From Octopus sinensis (Eukaryota), in contig NC_043003.1 in NCBI RefSeq assembly GCF_006345805.1, positions 84,196,001 to 84,260,000 of the forward strand: DNA of 64,000 nt, written 5' to 3'. The notes under the pieces are model-generated. The model searched no databases and had not been told where the DNA came from. It worked only from the letters and a program-made list of their open reading frames with translations. The position numbers and the translations under genes were made by a program. This document shows, piece by piece, positions 40,787 to 54,425 of the stretch; position 1 is the first letter of the stretch; each line of letters starts with the position of its first letter.

Positions 40787-41569
40787 AAAACGCCCACATT
40801 GAAGTCTTGTTCGTTGTATCCTTGTTATATCCACGCTTAAAAAATATACCACCGTATCCTTTGATCTAAACTGCTTTAGAATTTATATCATTAGTCAATT
40901 ATTTACTTCATCATATGTATACACACACCACTCTGAAACGCGCACACACACACATATTAACATGCTCTCTCTCTTTCTCTCTCACACATACACACACACA
41001 TATATATATATATACATATACGTACATGTATACAAGCACACGTACATATGTATAAATAACAGTACAATGTACAAACGAACAATAGTTAAAAAGGAACTCA
41101 ACCCCGTAGGTAAAGTAGTATCTCAGTAAATGAAAAAAATACGTTGAAGGAATTCAATACACTCAAGGATTTTATTATTTCCGAAAATTCAAAATATCCG
41201 CAAAATGAAACTAGAATTAAAAAGCATTCTTGAATTCAAATTCTGCGTTATCTTTAATTTGCACACAGATATACGGATATATATAAATATATATGTATGT
41301 GTATGTATGTAATGCTATAAGTAATAGCGTGTTAAGACAAAGGCTGCTCATCAGTTTTCGCCTATTCAAAAGGGATTTTTGACCCAATATTTGCATACTA
41401 TTATATATAGCTTTATGTGTGTGCTTCGAGATATTCCCGTCGTTAAAGGCGTGAAATTTTAATGATTTAGGGTGGATAACTGACGAGGAAAGTGCATGTT
41501 TATGTCTTGCCTGTGAATTTTCCGCTTGTTCCTATGTCAATGTCATCCCTTTATTCAATTTTTGAATCT

Positions 41570-41602
<33 letters not shown>

Positions 41603-42435
41603 ATAGACACGGGATGTTTGGCTATTTGCGTGGCAAGGTGAAAGGGACCTGTGAGCAATGATATATCGAAAGAAAGGTCGCTACCTACACCAGCCCACCA
41701 CATACACTATGTTTTGATTTTTCTTCTGGCGATATCTATGAAAACTGGTAAACTGAATCTAGTAGAGCTTGTTCGGTGGCAATACGCTCGGTTACTGTAA
41801 AATCCGAGGTTCTGTAGCCCTTTGAAATATTTTGGCTGTTTCTTTATGTGAGCTGAAGCAATATGCACTAATGTACGGTCCGAAAAGAATAAAAAAATTA
41901 GAAACATATCACAGCCGGAAATTTGAACTCATGACCCAGGTTTTGAAGACATTATCCAAACGGCCAACTTGAGGACATACACACGAGCTACGAGTCAACG
42001 AAGATATCTCTGCATGGTCGTTTAGCATACTTGAAGATGTAGCTAAATTCTTCGATCTCGGTCTATTAGTTTAAAACACAAAAGTCACATTGAAGAATGC
42101 AGTCCAAGATACAGAAGAATGATGGGATAGTCGAGGCTAAAATGCTTTCGATCTTACGAAGTGGATTGTCCTGAAACTCAACATCGACCATAACAGCAAT
42201 TACAACAATAACAGAGGCACGTTACTTGAAATAGTGAGTTGAGCCATGATTTAAATCTTAAGAGTTATAGTGATTTTAATACGATAAGATTTGAGATATG
42301 AAAGTAGCTAATACGTATCGTTTGTGTTTGTGTGTGTAAATGTGTGTGTGTGCTTGCTTATTATGCTTACTTGCATGGATATGAGTAAAACAGCTATATG
42401 TTCAAGTTGTTGGGTTTATATATATATACACACAC

Positions 42436-42466
<31 letters not shown>

Positions 42467-42471
42467 ATATA

Positions 42472-42690
42472 TTTTATCCAAACGGGAAAACAAAAAAACA
42501 ACAACAATGGAACAATTACAGTATTATTATTAATAGGCGCTCAGGAAATGGAAGCAGGGAGGTATGACGTTCGAGCGGAGCTCTTCGTCGGAAACATAAA
42601 GAAGGAAGAGAGAAGAAAGAAAGATCCCAAAGCGGGCAACAGGGATAGAGAAAAAAACGACTGGTGTTTACGAGTTACACATGGTGAAAG
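42472..42690 (-). mobile_element. Penelope-like terminus with hammerhead-like motif (copy 2, one core A missing)
   Basis: rc gttt-ccgacga-a-gagc-tcc-gctc-gaacgtc; the end gtttggataaa abuts (TA)n. Confidence 0.6.
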
Positions 42691-42955
42691 GCGGGAAGTT
42701 TTTACGATAACAAGAGCAAAGTAGGTTTTTTAAGGCAAAAGAGTGGAGACAAGGTTGGTAACGCAACAGATGTGTGGTGTATGTGTGAGTGTGTGCGTGT
42801 GCGTGTGTGTATGTGTGTGTCTGAGGTGAGATAAAAAAACAAAAATATATGTATGTGTTAGTGTGTGCGTCTGTGTGTAGGCGTGTGAGGTAGGGCGAGA
42901 CAGTGGTCGGCATAGCAGACAACGGTCAGTAGTAAGAAAAAAAGAGGAGGAGGAA

Positions 42956-42979
42956 GGGGGGAGGGGGAAGGGGTGGGGG
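42956..42979 (+). other. Potential G-quadruplex
   Basis: G6-a-G5-aa-G4-t-G5. Confidence 0.6.
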
Positions 42980-43139
42980 CGTATGTAGCGTGCCAGTGTA
43001 TTGTGTGTGTCCAGTGTCGTGGTAGTATTAATGGCGAGTAGATGAATGTGTGTAAGAGTAATGTATTATATTTAAGCAATGTGTGTATATGTGTGCGCGT
43101 GTGTGTAACGAAAAAAGGGGGGGTTAAGGAAAAAGGACT

Positions 43140-43325
43140 CCAGCTGAGGGGAAGATGGAAGAGTGGTCCCGCGGAGACGGGCGTGGGAAAACCCAACGAC
43201 AAGCGACGGTCCCAGGAACGAGCGGGAGGTCTCGTCGGGTCCAAGAGCGAGGTGCATGCGGCGCGGTATGCGTGCGCGAACCGGCGCAAGCGCGTGTGTG
43301 CGCGCGCCTGCGAGTATGCGCGTAA
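43140..43325. promoter_or_regulatory. CpG-island-like segment, possible promoter or first exon
   Basis: By eye the most CpG-dense tract in the window; GGGCGTGG (Sp/KLF-like) and GCGC-rich NRF1-like motifs; strong donor gc|gtaagt at about 43322. Confidence 0.4.
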
Positions 43326-44069
43326 GTATGTATGTGTGTGGATGTGTGAGTGTGTCTGTGTTATGTCTGGGTGGCAGTGTGTCCGATGAATGTATGTGAG
43401 TATGTGTGTATATATGTGTGTGCATAGATGTATGTCCGTGTGTGTGTGTGTGTGTGTATGTGTATGAGTGTGTATGTATGTACGTGTGGGTGTGGGGAAG
43501 TGTGTGTATGTGCATGTGTGTGCGCGTACATACAGGTGGTGAGTGAGTGTGTGTGTGTGTATGTATGTGTGAGTGTGTATGTATGTGTGTGTAGGATGCA
43601 TGTATGTGTTGTGGTGTATGTATGCGTGTGTGTATGTATGTATGGTGTACGTGCGTTGTGTGTGTGTATGCGTGTAGGTGTGCGCGTGTGCATGCATGCA
43701 TGCATGTGCGTATGTGTGTGGATATATATATAGATATATAGATAGATAGATATAGATATATATTTATCCATATGTATGTATATCTATTTATTTACATATA
43801 CAACATGCATGTATATATGTTTGTGTTAGTAATTCGTCACCAGACTTAATGGAACCGTTATAGAACGAGTATACAATAAAATATACGCATATATATATGT
43901 ATGCATGCATGTATGCATGTAATTGTGTGTGTACATATATGTATGTATAATATGTACGTATATAATATATATATGTGTGTGTGTGTACATATATGTATAT
44001 TTATGTATGTATATGTATATACATATATATATATATATATGTATATGCATATGTGTGTATGTATGTATG

Positions 44070-44138
<69 letters not shown>

Positions 44139-44649
44139 AAGCTCACACAAAATCAATATGAAATATACGTAGCTGTTTTTTTTCCGTTCAACATTTTGAA
44201 AACATTGATCGATTCATGAGCTAGATTTTAGGAGACTAAATGCAGAAGTATCAAAAACAGAAAAAGCGGGAAACACACACACACACAACACATACACAAC
44301 ACACACACACACACAAACACACACACGTATACATACACTTTCACACAAACGATACGAAACGACACATGAAAATCAATTGCAGGACGTTGATCAATATATT
44401 ATCTAAATGATGAATTATTGGCTAAAGTATGATTGATTTCCCTTTTATCGAAAGTGGTGGTGGGATGGGATAGGAGGTTGTGTTTCGTTAATAAGATTAC
44501 AAGGTCCTCCTTCTGTATTCGATTACCTTTTAACTGCTAATGTTGAAATCCCCCACTCAGTTTCTGAGAAAAAACATGGAGTCAAGTCTGAGAGTAGATC
44601 CGGAATGGAATTAAAATGCACGCTAAATGTACGTATGATTATAGTGAAT

Positions 44650-44680
44650 ACATACATACATACATACATACATACATACA

Positions 44681-44742
<62 letters not shown>

Positions 44743-45060
44743 CATACATACATACATATACATATACATACATACATATACATACATACATACATATACA
44801 TATACATACATACATACATACATATATATATGTATATATATGTATATATATGTATATATATTATATATATATACATATGCATGTATATAAACATAAATAT
44901 AGGCATACATATACATATACATATGCACATACATATATATATATATATATTCATATGTATGTATATATATATATACACACATACATGCACATATACATGC
45001 ATATATGTACATGTACATATAGATATATGCATACACGCATACATACATACATACATACCC
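44650..45060. repeat. (CATA)n/(AT)n compound microsatellite
   Basis: Seen directly. Confidence 0.95.
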
Positions 45061-45133
45061 ATATGTGTGTGTTTGTGTGTATGTACATAAATATGCGCAC
45101 GTGCGCGTTATAGGATCCTTATGAGCACTATCA

Positions 45134-45174
<41 letters not shown>

Positions 45175-46009
45175 ATAATGATGATAATGACGGTGATATT
45201 AATAATACAGTTACCATAACGACCATCACTTATCAGCACAGAAAGAACCACTTTTACCATTATCGCCAATTAACCCATCATTAACCCTACCATCACAATC
45301 ACCACCATCACCACCACCACCACCACCGATGTCAATAACGTGGTAGCTTCTATGTTAGGGATGCTAGAAATAGTAGTCAAATATATCGTCCTAAATAATA
45401 CCCTACCAATATTTAAAAAAGAAATACAATGTAATATAGCGATGTTCCAGCATGGCCACAGCTTTGGGGCTGAAACGCATCAAAAAATAAAAATAATATG
45501 TACACCTCTCATATGTTATTTGCAGATGTGACGTTCATGGCTTGGAGACATTTTGATTGTAGGTCTGAACTGAGCAAAGTCTAACCATGAGCTAAACCAC
45601 AAAGCGAGAACAACAACAACAACAATTACTACTACTACTACTACTACTACTACTTGGAATCATCCTTACTCTGACTACAATGCCATGCTGTGTACCATCA
45701 ATTTATATTCATAATCAATATGACCAGAGCCAAGTTACCATTATCAAGGCCATCACCATCCTCAAAAGTATCACTACAACCAATCATCACCAGCAGAAGT
45801 ATCATTAGCAGCAGCAGCAGTAGCAGCAGTAGCAGCATTCGTTTCCATCAACCCCACCAACAGTACAACAAATTCATTCATCACCATCACTATCAGTACG
45901 TATATTTGTATATCGATTTATATCTTGATCTTGTGTGTGTGTACACGGACACACACGCACGCATGTAAGTATGTATATATATATATATATATATATAATT
46001 TCAACAATT

Positions 46010-46212
46010 GAGGGTAAAATTAATTAATTAATTTCACCAAGTATTCAGTATGCAAAGGGACCATTTAAGGCAAATTCAAATTATTACATTATATAAAAGG
46101 GCTTAGTAAAATAAATTACTTTGCCGCATACTGAACTCGTTAGAAATAGCAGCTAAAAAAACTATTTCTAACACTTAAAGAAAACCTCTCTCATATAGTG
46201 TTTGCTCAATTA
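46010..46212. mobile_element. ~200-bp element with nested inverted repeats, set in (TA)n
   Basis: aattgag/ctcaatt near the ends, a ttcagtatgc/gcatactgaa internal inverted repeat, and an 11-bp hairpin at 46139-46172. Confidence 0.5.
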
Positions 46213-47402
46213 AACTATATATATATATATATTTATGTATATGTCGATAGATAGATAGATAGAGAGAGAGAGAGAAGATAGAGATAGATAGGCAGACAGA
46301 GAAAGGGGGAGGGAGAAAGTGGAATTGAATAAACTAACTTATATTTAAACATTATGAGATTCTTTAGAATATTCTTATGTACAAGATTCTGTGTACGCGT
46401 GCATGGTTGCATATGTGTATGTGTGTAAGTATGTGTGTGTGTATGTATGTATGTATGTATGTATGTATGTACGTACGTACGTACGTATGTATGTATGCAT
46501 GCATGCATGCATGTATGTAATGTATGTATGTATGTATGTGCGTGTGTGTATGCATGCGTGCGTATGCGTGTCAATAGGAAACGTAAATAGGATGTTTTGA
46601 TATTCATGTCTTACTCAAGAGGTCAGAAGCAGTTATAAACCAACTGAGATGTTTTCAAGTACATATTGGACCTTTTTCCTGGGTTTTTGGTTGATCGGGG
46701 AATTTACACCTATATAGTGATTTCTTTTCATTGGCAGAAAACACAACCAAAGTTTTGGGGTTAATAAGCTTACTCCAGAATCACAGGTTTCCTGCTCAAT
46801 AACAATGTAACAGCACCTAGCAAGCACCGCTTTCTATCTTAGGGTCGGTTAGTCTAAACATAATGAGTTAAACTGGGTAAATAGAAACTGTGAATGGTCG
46901 AAAGATTTTAATTGGTCTTAATAAGTTCACCATTTTGTCCATGAGGTGGTCGACTGATAATAATTGATAAAGCTCTTAATATTCTAATTTCAAATCTCAT
47001 TGCGATTACCTTTTTCATTGTCACCTTTCGTCCTTCTGGCATCAATAAAATGAAGTTATAATCACATTCTTCTGTCTGTCTCCCTCAGATTTTCCTATAA
47101 CATTTGTGATCCATACGAAGAGTCATGTAAAGAAACTAAAGAAAATCTTTGCAGCTGATGACGCTATCGTGAGGCAGTAAACGACGGCCTAAGGAGTAAG
47201 GATTAAGGGATTAGTCCTAGGGTGCCTTTAGCCTAATCTACTCTACTACAGTCATGCGTCTGAAGTTAGGTAAATCAATAGCTTAATATGAGGATTCCGA
47301 CTATCTTCAGCAACCTGTGTGTAGTGGGTTCCCTTTCCGCACCATGAGACTTTGAAACCCTACGTTAGGTCATGGCTGCTGCTGCTCCTCTCTGACTAAG
47401 AT

Positions 47403-47436
<34 letters not shown>

Positions 47437-47639
47437 ACTGTTTCTGTGTGTATATACACACATATATATGGTTCAAATATGCGAAAATCAGAGGACAGAG
47501 ACAGATGAGGGAACGAAAAGCAACGATTAACCGGAGATGATTTTTAAAATGAGAATATCTGAAATAAATTCAACTTCTCTCACACACGAAAATACTAAAA
47601 ATGAACCCGACAGCTCTCAAAAATTAAATAAAAAACAGG

Positions 47640-47828
47640 AAAAATAATCCAGAATCCTTGTCCGGTACCGGATCAATCCCCAACTATAATCAGTTTGTGC
47701 CAGTCACTAGGCCAAACATCCCTGAAAGTTTCATCCGGATCCATCCAGCGGTTCTTGAGATATCTTGTCCACAGACAAACAAACACGACTGAAAACAATA
47801 CCTCTGCCTTCGCTAAGGCGGAGGTAAT
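47640..47828 (-). mobile_element. Helentron-associated (HINE/DINE-1-like) non-autonomous element
   Basis: Terminal hairpin tacctccgcc-ttagcgaa-ggcagaggta, then a gtttgtttgtctgt microsatellite and the palindrome tccggtaccgga; this architecture is typical of HINEs. Confidence 0.55.
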
Positions 47829-47829
47829 A

Positions 47830-47894
<65 letters not shown>

Positions 47895-48887
47895 TATACG
47901 CATGTATATATCTACTTTCATGTGGCTTCATGAAATAAAATGCCTCCAATCTTAGTGGTTGTTATGGTAATCAAAGAGGTGGTAGTGGTGCTGCTGATAA
48001 TGGTGGTAATGATGGTGATAGTCATACTACTACTACTACTACTAGTAGTAGTAGTAGTAGTGGTGGTGGTGGTGGTGATGGTAGTTGCAATTGTAGTGGA
48101 GGGGGAGCAATGGTGCTGGTTTAGGAATGGTCTATTAACGTTGAAAGGTTGCACCGGGTGCAAGACTACACAAGTCACTAAAATGTGTCCCACTATTACT
48201 TAAGCAGTGCATTATCAGATGAACTAAACGGAATACAGCAATCTGTTGATGTTATGGTTGCTACTATAGAAATAATGAGAATGATAGTGGTGGTGCTAAA
48301 CTGGAGACTACTTAGTCGTTGCCGTTACAGAAGCGGTCTTAGCGATAGTGTTGGTGAAGTGTGCTGGTGCTGGTGCTGGTGCCAGTAGCGCTTGTAGTTT
48401 TGAAAAGGTGGTGGTGGTGGTGGTGGTGGTGGTGGAGAATAGTTGTTAGCTGTTGTTGCTGTTGATTAATTAAGCAAGCGCGAAATGGACTAACAACAAT
48501 TATTAAAAAACAAACAAACACATTTTAAAAAATAAACAACAACAACAACAACAAAAACAAAAACAGTACGAACGGCAGAAATGCATCCATACTTTTGCTG
48601 ATTGCGAAAATCAAATTAAGTATGTCACCGACCGGAAATTGCATTATTCTTAATTCTCTTAATCAACTATATATATATATAATATATATATATATGCATA
48701 TATATGCATACAGGCGTGCACGCAGACACACATAGCTCACATACATATGCTTCATTCCTAAGCTAATTAAATAAAAGGAGCTTGTTTAAAATGTGTAGTT
48801 CAGCATTTGTGTAGTTAAATATCAGCATTTATTTTATTTTATTTCTCTTGTTATCCAAATAAATAAAGAAATGCATTAAAACATTAA

Positions 48888-48953
<66 letters not shown>

Positions 48954-49571
48954 TATATTTGAAATGATTGTCATGACAATGAAATAAAATATGCTTTCGA
49001 AAATAATAATTACTTGTATGAGAATTGGAATTAATTTCTTTAAGAAACAATACGGAATTCTTTCAAAGAAAACACGAGCAATTTTCTAACGAGATGGAAT
49101 GGTGGGAGCGAGGATGGGAGATGAGGGCTGTGTTCATTTGGAAGATTAGAAAAAATGTTTGAAATTTGAGGACTCATCTCTCCTTATTGTACAAGAAAAT
49201 TTTATTTTAATTGTTACTATTGTTAATGAAGTTGTTATTTTGACCGTGTTTTGCCCTAATCACAGATATTCTAACTGTAATCATAGCGCTCGTTTGTTTG
49301 TTGTTATTTTTAGACATAATGCACCCAGACTGCATTGTTCAATGTTGTTCTTATTTATAAAAATGCCAAATGTATTTACGAGAGCAAATTTTGAGTCTCA
49401 TTTCTAACAATCAGAACCAACACATAAAGCAGTTTTGCCGACACAGACAAATGTCACCTAATTTTGTAGGTTTCCAATATTTTATTTGATATTTTATGGA
49501 CCCCGAACAACACAAATTGAAATATAGACCTCGAGACAAGACTAAATATTATAAAGCTTAATACAAAATAA

Positions 49572-49780
49572 AAAAAAGGAAGTGAGCTGGCAGAATCGTT
49601 AGTACGCCGGGTAAAATGCTTAGCGGCATTTCGTCCGTCTTTACGTTCTGAGTTCAAATTCCGACGAGATCGACATTGCCTGGGTCGATAAAATAAGTAC
49701 CATTTGAGAACTGGAATCGATGTAATCGATTAGGCCCTCCCACGAACTTGCTGACCTTTTGCCAAAATGTTAAATCAATA
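49572..49780 (+). mobile_element. SINE A, full length
   Basis: gtgagctggcagaatcgttagtacgccggg..gagttcaaattccgacgag. Confidence 0.85.
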
Positions 49781-51020
49781 TTAAATAGAAATACCGATCT
49801 TGTTCTGGAACAAGAGGAAATCAAAGAGGATAGATACATTGGCCTTCCTTGGGTTTCGATGATGAGCATTCATTTATTCTATCAGCTGAATTTACTCATT
49901 GAAATAATATGTGATACATGCATTCTTGACCTAATTTCCCAGCCAATATGTAACAAGGACGGCGCTTCGTATAGCAGTTATAATCCACTCGACAGGTTCT
50001 ATTGACATGAAGCGTCACCATTTTCACTCATAATGCATAAAATCGATCCGAGGCTATGGCAAAATACATTTGCCTAAGATAAGAGACCCAGAGGTCGAAC
50101 CCACCACTATCACTTACAATTGTGAAGCGAATTTCTTAGCAATTGACTAAACCTTCCTCTAAGATTATTACATCTCAATATTCATGAGAAAAACTGCCGC
50201 TTCATTAAGTTGGGAACAGCATAATATTTTAGATACTAAATATTCTGGGTCGAAAAGCTAGTAAAACGCATGTATCTACGTTATATGTGTGGACAGTAAA
50301 GAAAAATAAAAAATTATAATCTAAGTTAGAACAGATCCAGTGTGAAGAAAATAAAAGCAATATATATGAAATTAATTGTTCTAATTTCTAAAACAAAAGC
50401 TCGCAAAGATACGGCAAACTAGAATTTTACGAACATAATTGTTAGTTAAATAAGCAAAATGGACGTCATTCTCTTCGATTGCAGTGAGGAATTGTTTGTG
50501 AGATGCATTTTCGAATTTTGTTTAATTCTTTTTTTTTCTTCTTTCTATCATTTGACAATAGATTAATCAAGTTGTTTCATAAACTTCCCTGGCCAATTAA
50601 CTTCTCAATGATATTGATTATGACTGAGAAACAGGAAATATATTTCTTAAGGGCAAGCAAATAAACAATGCTGTATACTCTGCCAAAACCATGCTCGGTT
50701 CTGTTTATATTTCAGTTTCGGCGGTTTTTCTGTTGCTTTTGTTTTTCTCGAAAATCTTTCATGATCATATTGAACAGCGAAAGCTTTGCATACAATACAT
50801 ATTGCTGATACAACTACTAATCAACTAATTGATTTATATTTGCTGATAGCAACAACATATATCGAAAACACAGCATTGTTAAATGCAGTCAGCAAAGTAA
50901 TGAATTGAATGTAGTGCGGGCATAAAATACGTATGTATGTATGCACGCATGTATATGGATGGATGTCTCACTCTATATAAATATATATGTACATAAATAT
51001 ATATACATACATATACATAC

Positions 51021-51105
<85 letters not shown>

Positions 51106-51391
51106 TAGATAAATAAACATGCATATATATATGTTTGTATACAAGAGACACACACATACACACAGATTTATATTTATATACAACAGACACACACATACAC
51201 ACTTACACATTTCTGCATTTTGAATATGTGACCAAGGTTTGCAAATGCAAAGAGAAGTTCTCAATACTTAAATGTTCAAAGAGAAGAACACTTTATATTC
51301 TTTTATAATTTACTTGTTAATAAATCCGATTCCATATCAGTCCTCCGATTCACAACTTGCTCATACAACTGCTTCAGATATGAGGACCAAA

Positions 51392-51562
51392 CCAAAATGT
51401 TACGTGCTGTTGGCAATTTCTTTTCCTTTCTTCTGTACGACGAAGAGCTATACTCGAAACGTCAAAATCTCTTTCGTTTTACTGAGCGTCAAAATAATAC
51501 ATTCCTTACGCTCGTTCTATTGTATGTTATTGTTAATTTTATTGTTCGTATATTTGAATTGA
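51392..51562 (+). mobile_element. Penelope-like terminus with degenerate hammerhead-like motif (copy 3)
   Basis: acgacga-a-gag-ctata-ctc-gaaacgtc at 51437-51463, followed by ctgagcgtc. Confidence 0.55.
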
Positions 51563-51842
51563 TATGTGTGTGTGTGTGTGGGGGGGGGGGGGTTAATGAA
51601 GTTGAAAGCTTCACAAACTGTTTCTCAGACATTCATATCATACATCCAATCATCAATGTCATGAGAAATTTAGCTAAATGCTCACGACTCTCTGATGATC
51701 GGCTGCATGTACATCTGTGTGACAGTCTGTGAAGCTTTTTAACTTCAATGAAATATCATTTTACTCTGTCTTTGGTATTTGAATACTATTTTTTACATCT
51801 ACCTTGTTTTAATACACATACATATATACATACATACATACA

Positions 51843-51873
<31 letters not shown>

Positions 51874-52086
51874 TCTGTCAGTTTTCCTAATTGGAGTAAA
51901 ACTCTTAAAAGAAAACGGTTGTACGAAAAAATGCTCAATGGTTTCGAACCGTGTAGCAGATCTTATTTGAGGCTGAATTTTTGTGGGTTTCTGTTAGAAG
52001 TTACACGTATCCAATACTAAAAAACCCCAAGATCGAAAACGTGAAATTCCAGAAATAACTTACAAATAATTCAACCATTGGTAATA

Positions 52087-52193
52087 TATAACGTTGAAAG
52101 CACCGGTTCTCGTCCGATCACCGAACTTAAGCAACGTCGAGGCTAATGAGTACTTAGATGGGTGACCCCTTGAGAAACCTAGGTCTTTTAAGC
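52087..52193 (+). pseudogene. 5S rRNA pseudogene (5'-eroded, solitary)
   Basis: acgttgaaagcaccggttctcgtccgatcaccgaacttaagcaacgtcg..agtacttagatgggtgacc matches invertebrate 5S rRNA from about nt 16 (A and C boxes recognisable). The first ~15 nt are lost, the 3' end is mutated, and there is no oligo-T terminator or array. Confidence 0.9.
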
Positions 52194-52209
52194 GTCTCAG
52201 ACTTTCATA

Positions 52210-52600
52210 GGCGCTAGAGTGGCTGTGTGGTAAGTAGCTTGATTACCAACCACATGGTTCCGGGTTCAATCCACTGCATGGCACCTTGGGCAAGTATCTT
52301 CTACTATAGCCTCGGGTTGACGAAAGCCTTGTGAGTGGATTTGGTAGGCGGAAACTGAAAGAAGCCCGTCGTATATGTGTGTGTGTGTGTGTTTGTGTGT
52401 GTCTATGTTTGTCTCCCCAACATCATTGACAACCGATGCTGGTATGTTTATATCCCCGTAACTTAGCGGTTCGGCAAAAAAGACCGATAGAATAAGTACT
52501 AGGCTTACAAAGAATAAGTTCTGGGGTCGATTTGCTCGACTAAAAGCGGTGTTACAGCATGGCCGCAGTCAAATGACTGAACCAAGTAAAAGAATAAAAG
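52210..52600 (+). mobile_element. SINE family B, full length
   Basis: ggcgctagagtggctgtgtggtaagtagc..gcaccttgggcaag..tgactgaaccaagtaaaagaataaaag. Confidence 0.9.
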
Positions 52601-53322
52601 GGTAGCGAGTTATTTTGAGTAACGACGGATTGAATCAGTGGTTAGGAGCGAATATACTCAGTCATATATATTTAATAATTTTTCAACAATTTTAAAATTC
52701 AGACATTAGGTGTATGGACACCTCATGACGAGAGATGTGTTGGCTCATGACGAGAGATGAGTTGGCGCGTGAGCATGCGTATAGATGTGAACAGGTATTA
52801 TCTATGCTGTCGAGAAATTTAACATATTGAAGTATGTAATATTTTCTTCAGTTGTTTCGAATATTCTTTAGCTTTCATTTACGTATTTATTATTATTATT
52901 GTTGTTGTTGTTGTTGTTACACGTGGCAGTGGGGGTATAATTCAGTAGCTTGTTAAAATACTGCCATTTTCCCAATTTGCATAATTCAAACGCTTATAAC
53001 AGCAAGATGTTAGAACGTAACAATTACCAAAACGTCGAGGTGTGAAGGAATGTAACTAACAGTTATATTAGAGGAAATCTGATGAAATTGGGCGGAGATT
53101 AAACTATTTCCGAAACCAATTTAACTATTGGAGAATTATTATTATTATTATTATTATCATTATTATTATTATTATATTATTGTTGCTGTTGTTGTTGTTG
53201 TTGTTGTTGTTGTTGCTGTAGTTGTTTCTCTTGTTGCTAACGTCATCATTCTCATCCTCATTATATGAAATGATTAGCCAAGCTTTTATTTTATTTTACT
53301 AAATAGATTTGTGTGTGCGTGC

Positions 53323-53395
<73 letters not shown>

Positions 53396-53789
53396 GGAGA
53401 GAGAGAGGGGGAGATGGAGGGAAAACAATAAATGAAATCTTCCTGATTATATTTTATTTTGTTTGAGTTAATAATAACGACCAAAATAAAATCAAAAGAC
53501 TGACGTCAGCATTGGTGGGGGGAGGTACGGTCAACATACACATATCTACTCATGTAAAGAGAGGAAGATAAAGATAGATAGGTAGATAAATAGAAAGAGA
53601 GAGAGAGAAAGAGAGAGAATGAGTGAACGAGAGACATAAGTAGATATACACTCACACGCAACCATTTTGCATTATTTGATGCAATTTTAATCAACGATTT
53701 GGTTAGTCACACGAATTAATCGTGGACCAGTATACCTGTGATTAAAGGCTTTGAAACATTGATTAATTCTTTTTTTTTGCATTTGATAT

Positions 53790-54425
53790 CGAGGACTACA
53801 AGGAGTTCTTGCAGATTATCTCTTGCTTGTCATATTGTCACTGGATACATGTTACTGATGACGCTCAAATAAACAGAAAACCGAGTTCAGCGACGCTAAA
53901 GCCATTGCTGGGCGATTTTCACCTGTTTCTGATATACTTCTGTTTTACTTTTCTTGACACTATGTGTCTATAAAATATTCTTTCTCGAGTCAAATACCGC
54001 AGTTTAGAAGGGTCGCAGTAGTATATACACTTTAAATATGATACACAGAATCCTAATTTGAACTAATACTATTTCAGTCGCCAATAACGTATTTTAATTC
54101 AGTCTATCAGCTAAATGCGACATCAGTGATCTTTCAGTCACTATTCAACTAAATCAGCAACCGGCTGATTTTTGCTTAGCATGCAGTGCCAGTGGATAGC
54201 TACTACTGACGAAGCTGAGAAAGTAGAAAACCAGATTTGTCAATGGCACCACCTCTGCTGGACAATTTTTGTCTGCTGCTGATGCATATGCTTTTTTCCT
54301 TTTGCTTTTAACATTATACGTCTATAAGAGATGCTTTCTCGAGTCGAATACCGCAGTTTTGAAGGCTTTCAGCATTATTTATGCCTGAAGCACGGTATAC
54401 AGATCGCTACTTAGGTAGTACTTTA
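53790..54425. repeat. Diverged tandem duplication, 354-bp period
   Basis: tttctcgagtc(a/g)aataccgcagtt at 53981 and 54335; similarity extends over about 280 bp of each unit. Confidence 0.8.

Noticed and set aside
47089-47180. Strong acceptor followed by ..KIFAADDAIV resembling an RT FADD motif
   Set aside because: Extra residue in the motif and no flanking RT motifs.
47150-47190. ctgatga hammerhead-like starts here and at about 53856 and 41480
   Set aside because: No correctly placed stem II plus GAAA plus NUH.
49748-50005. 85-aa ORF (..LEQEEIKEDRYIGLPW..)
   Set aside because: Starts inside a SINE tail; no recognisable domain.
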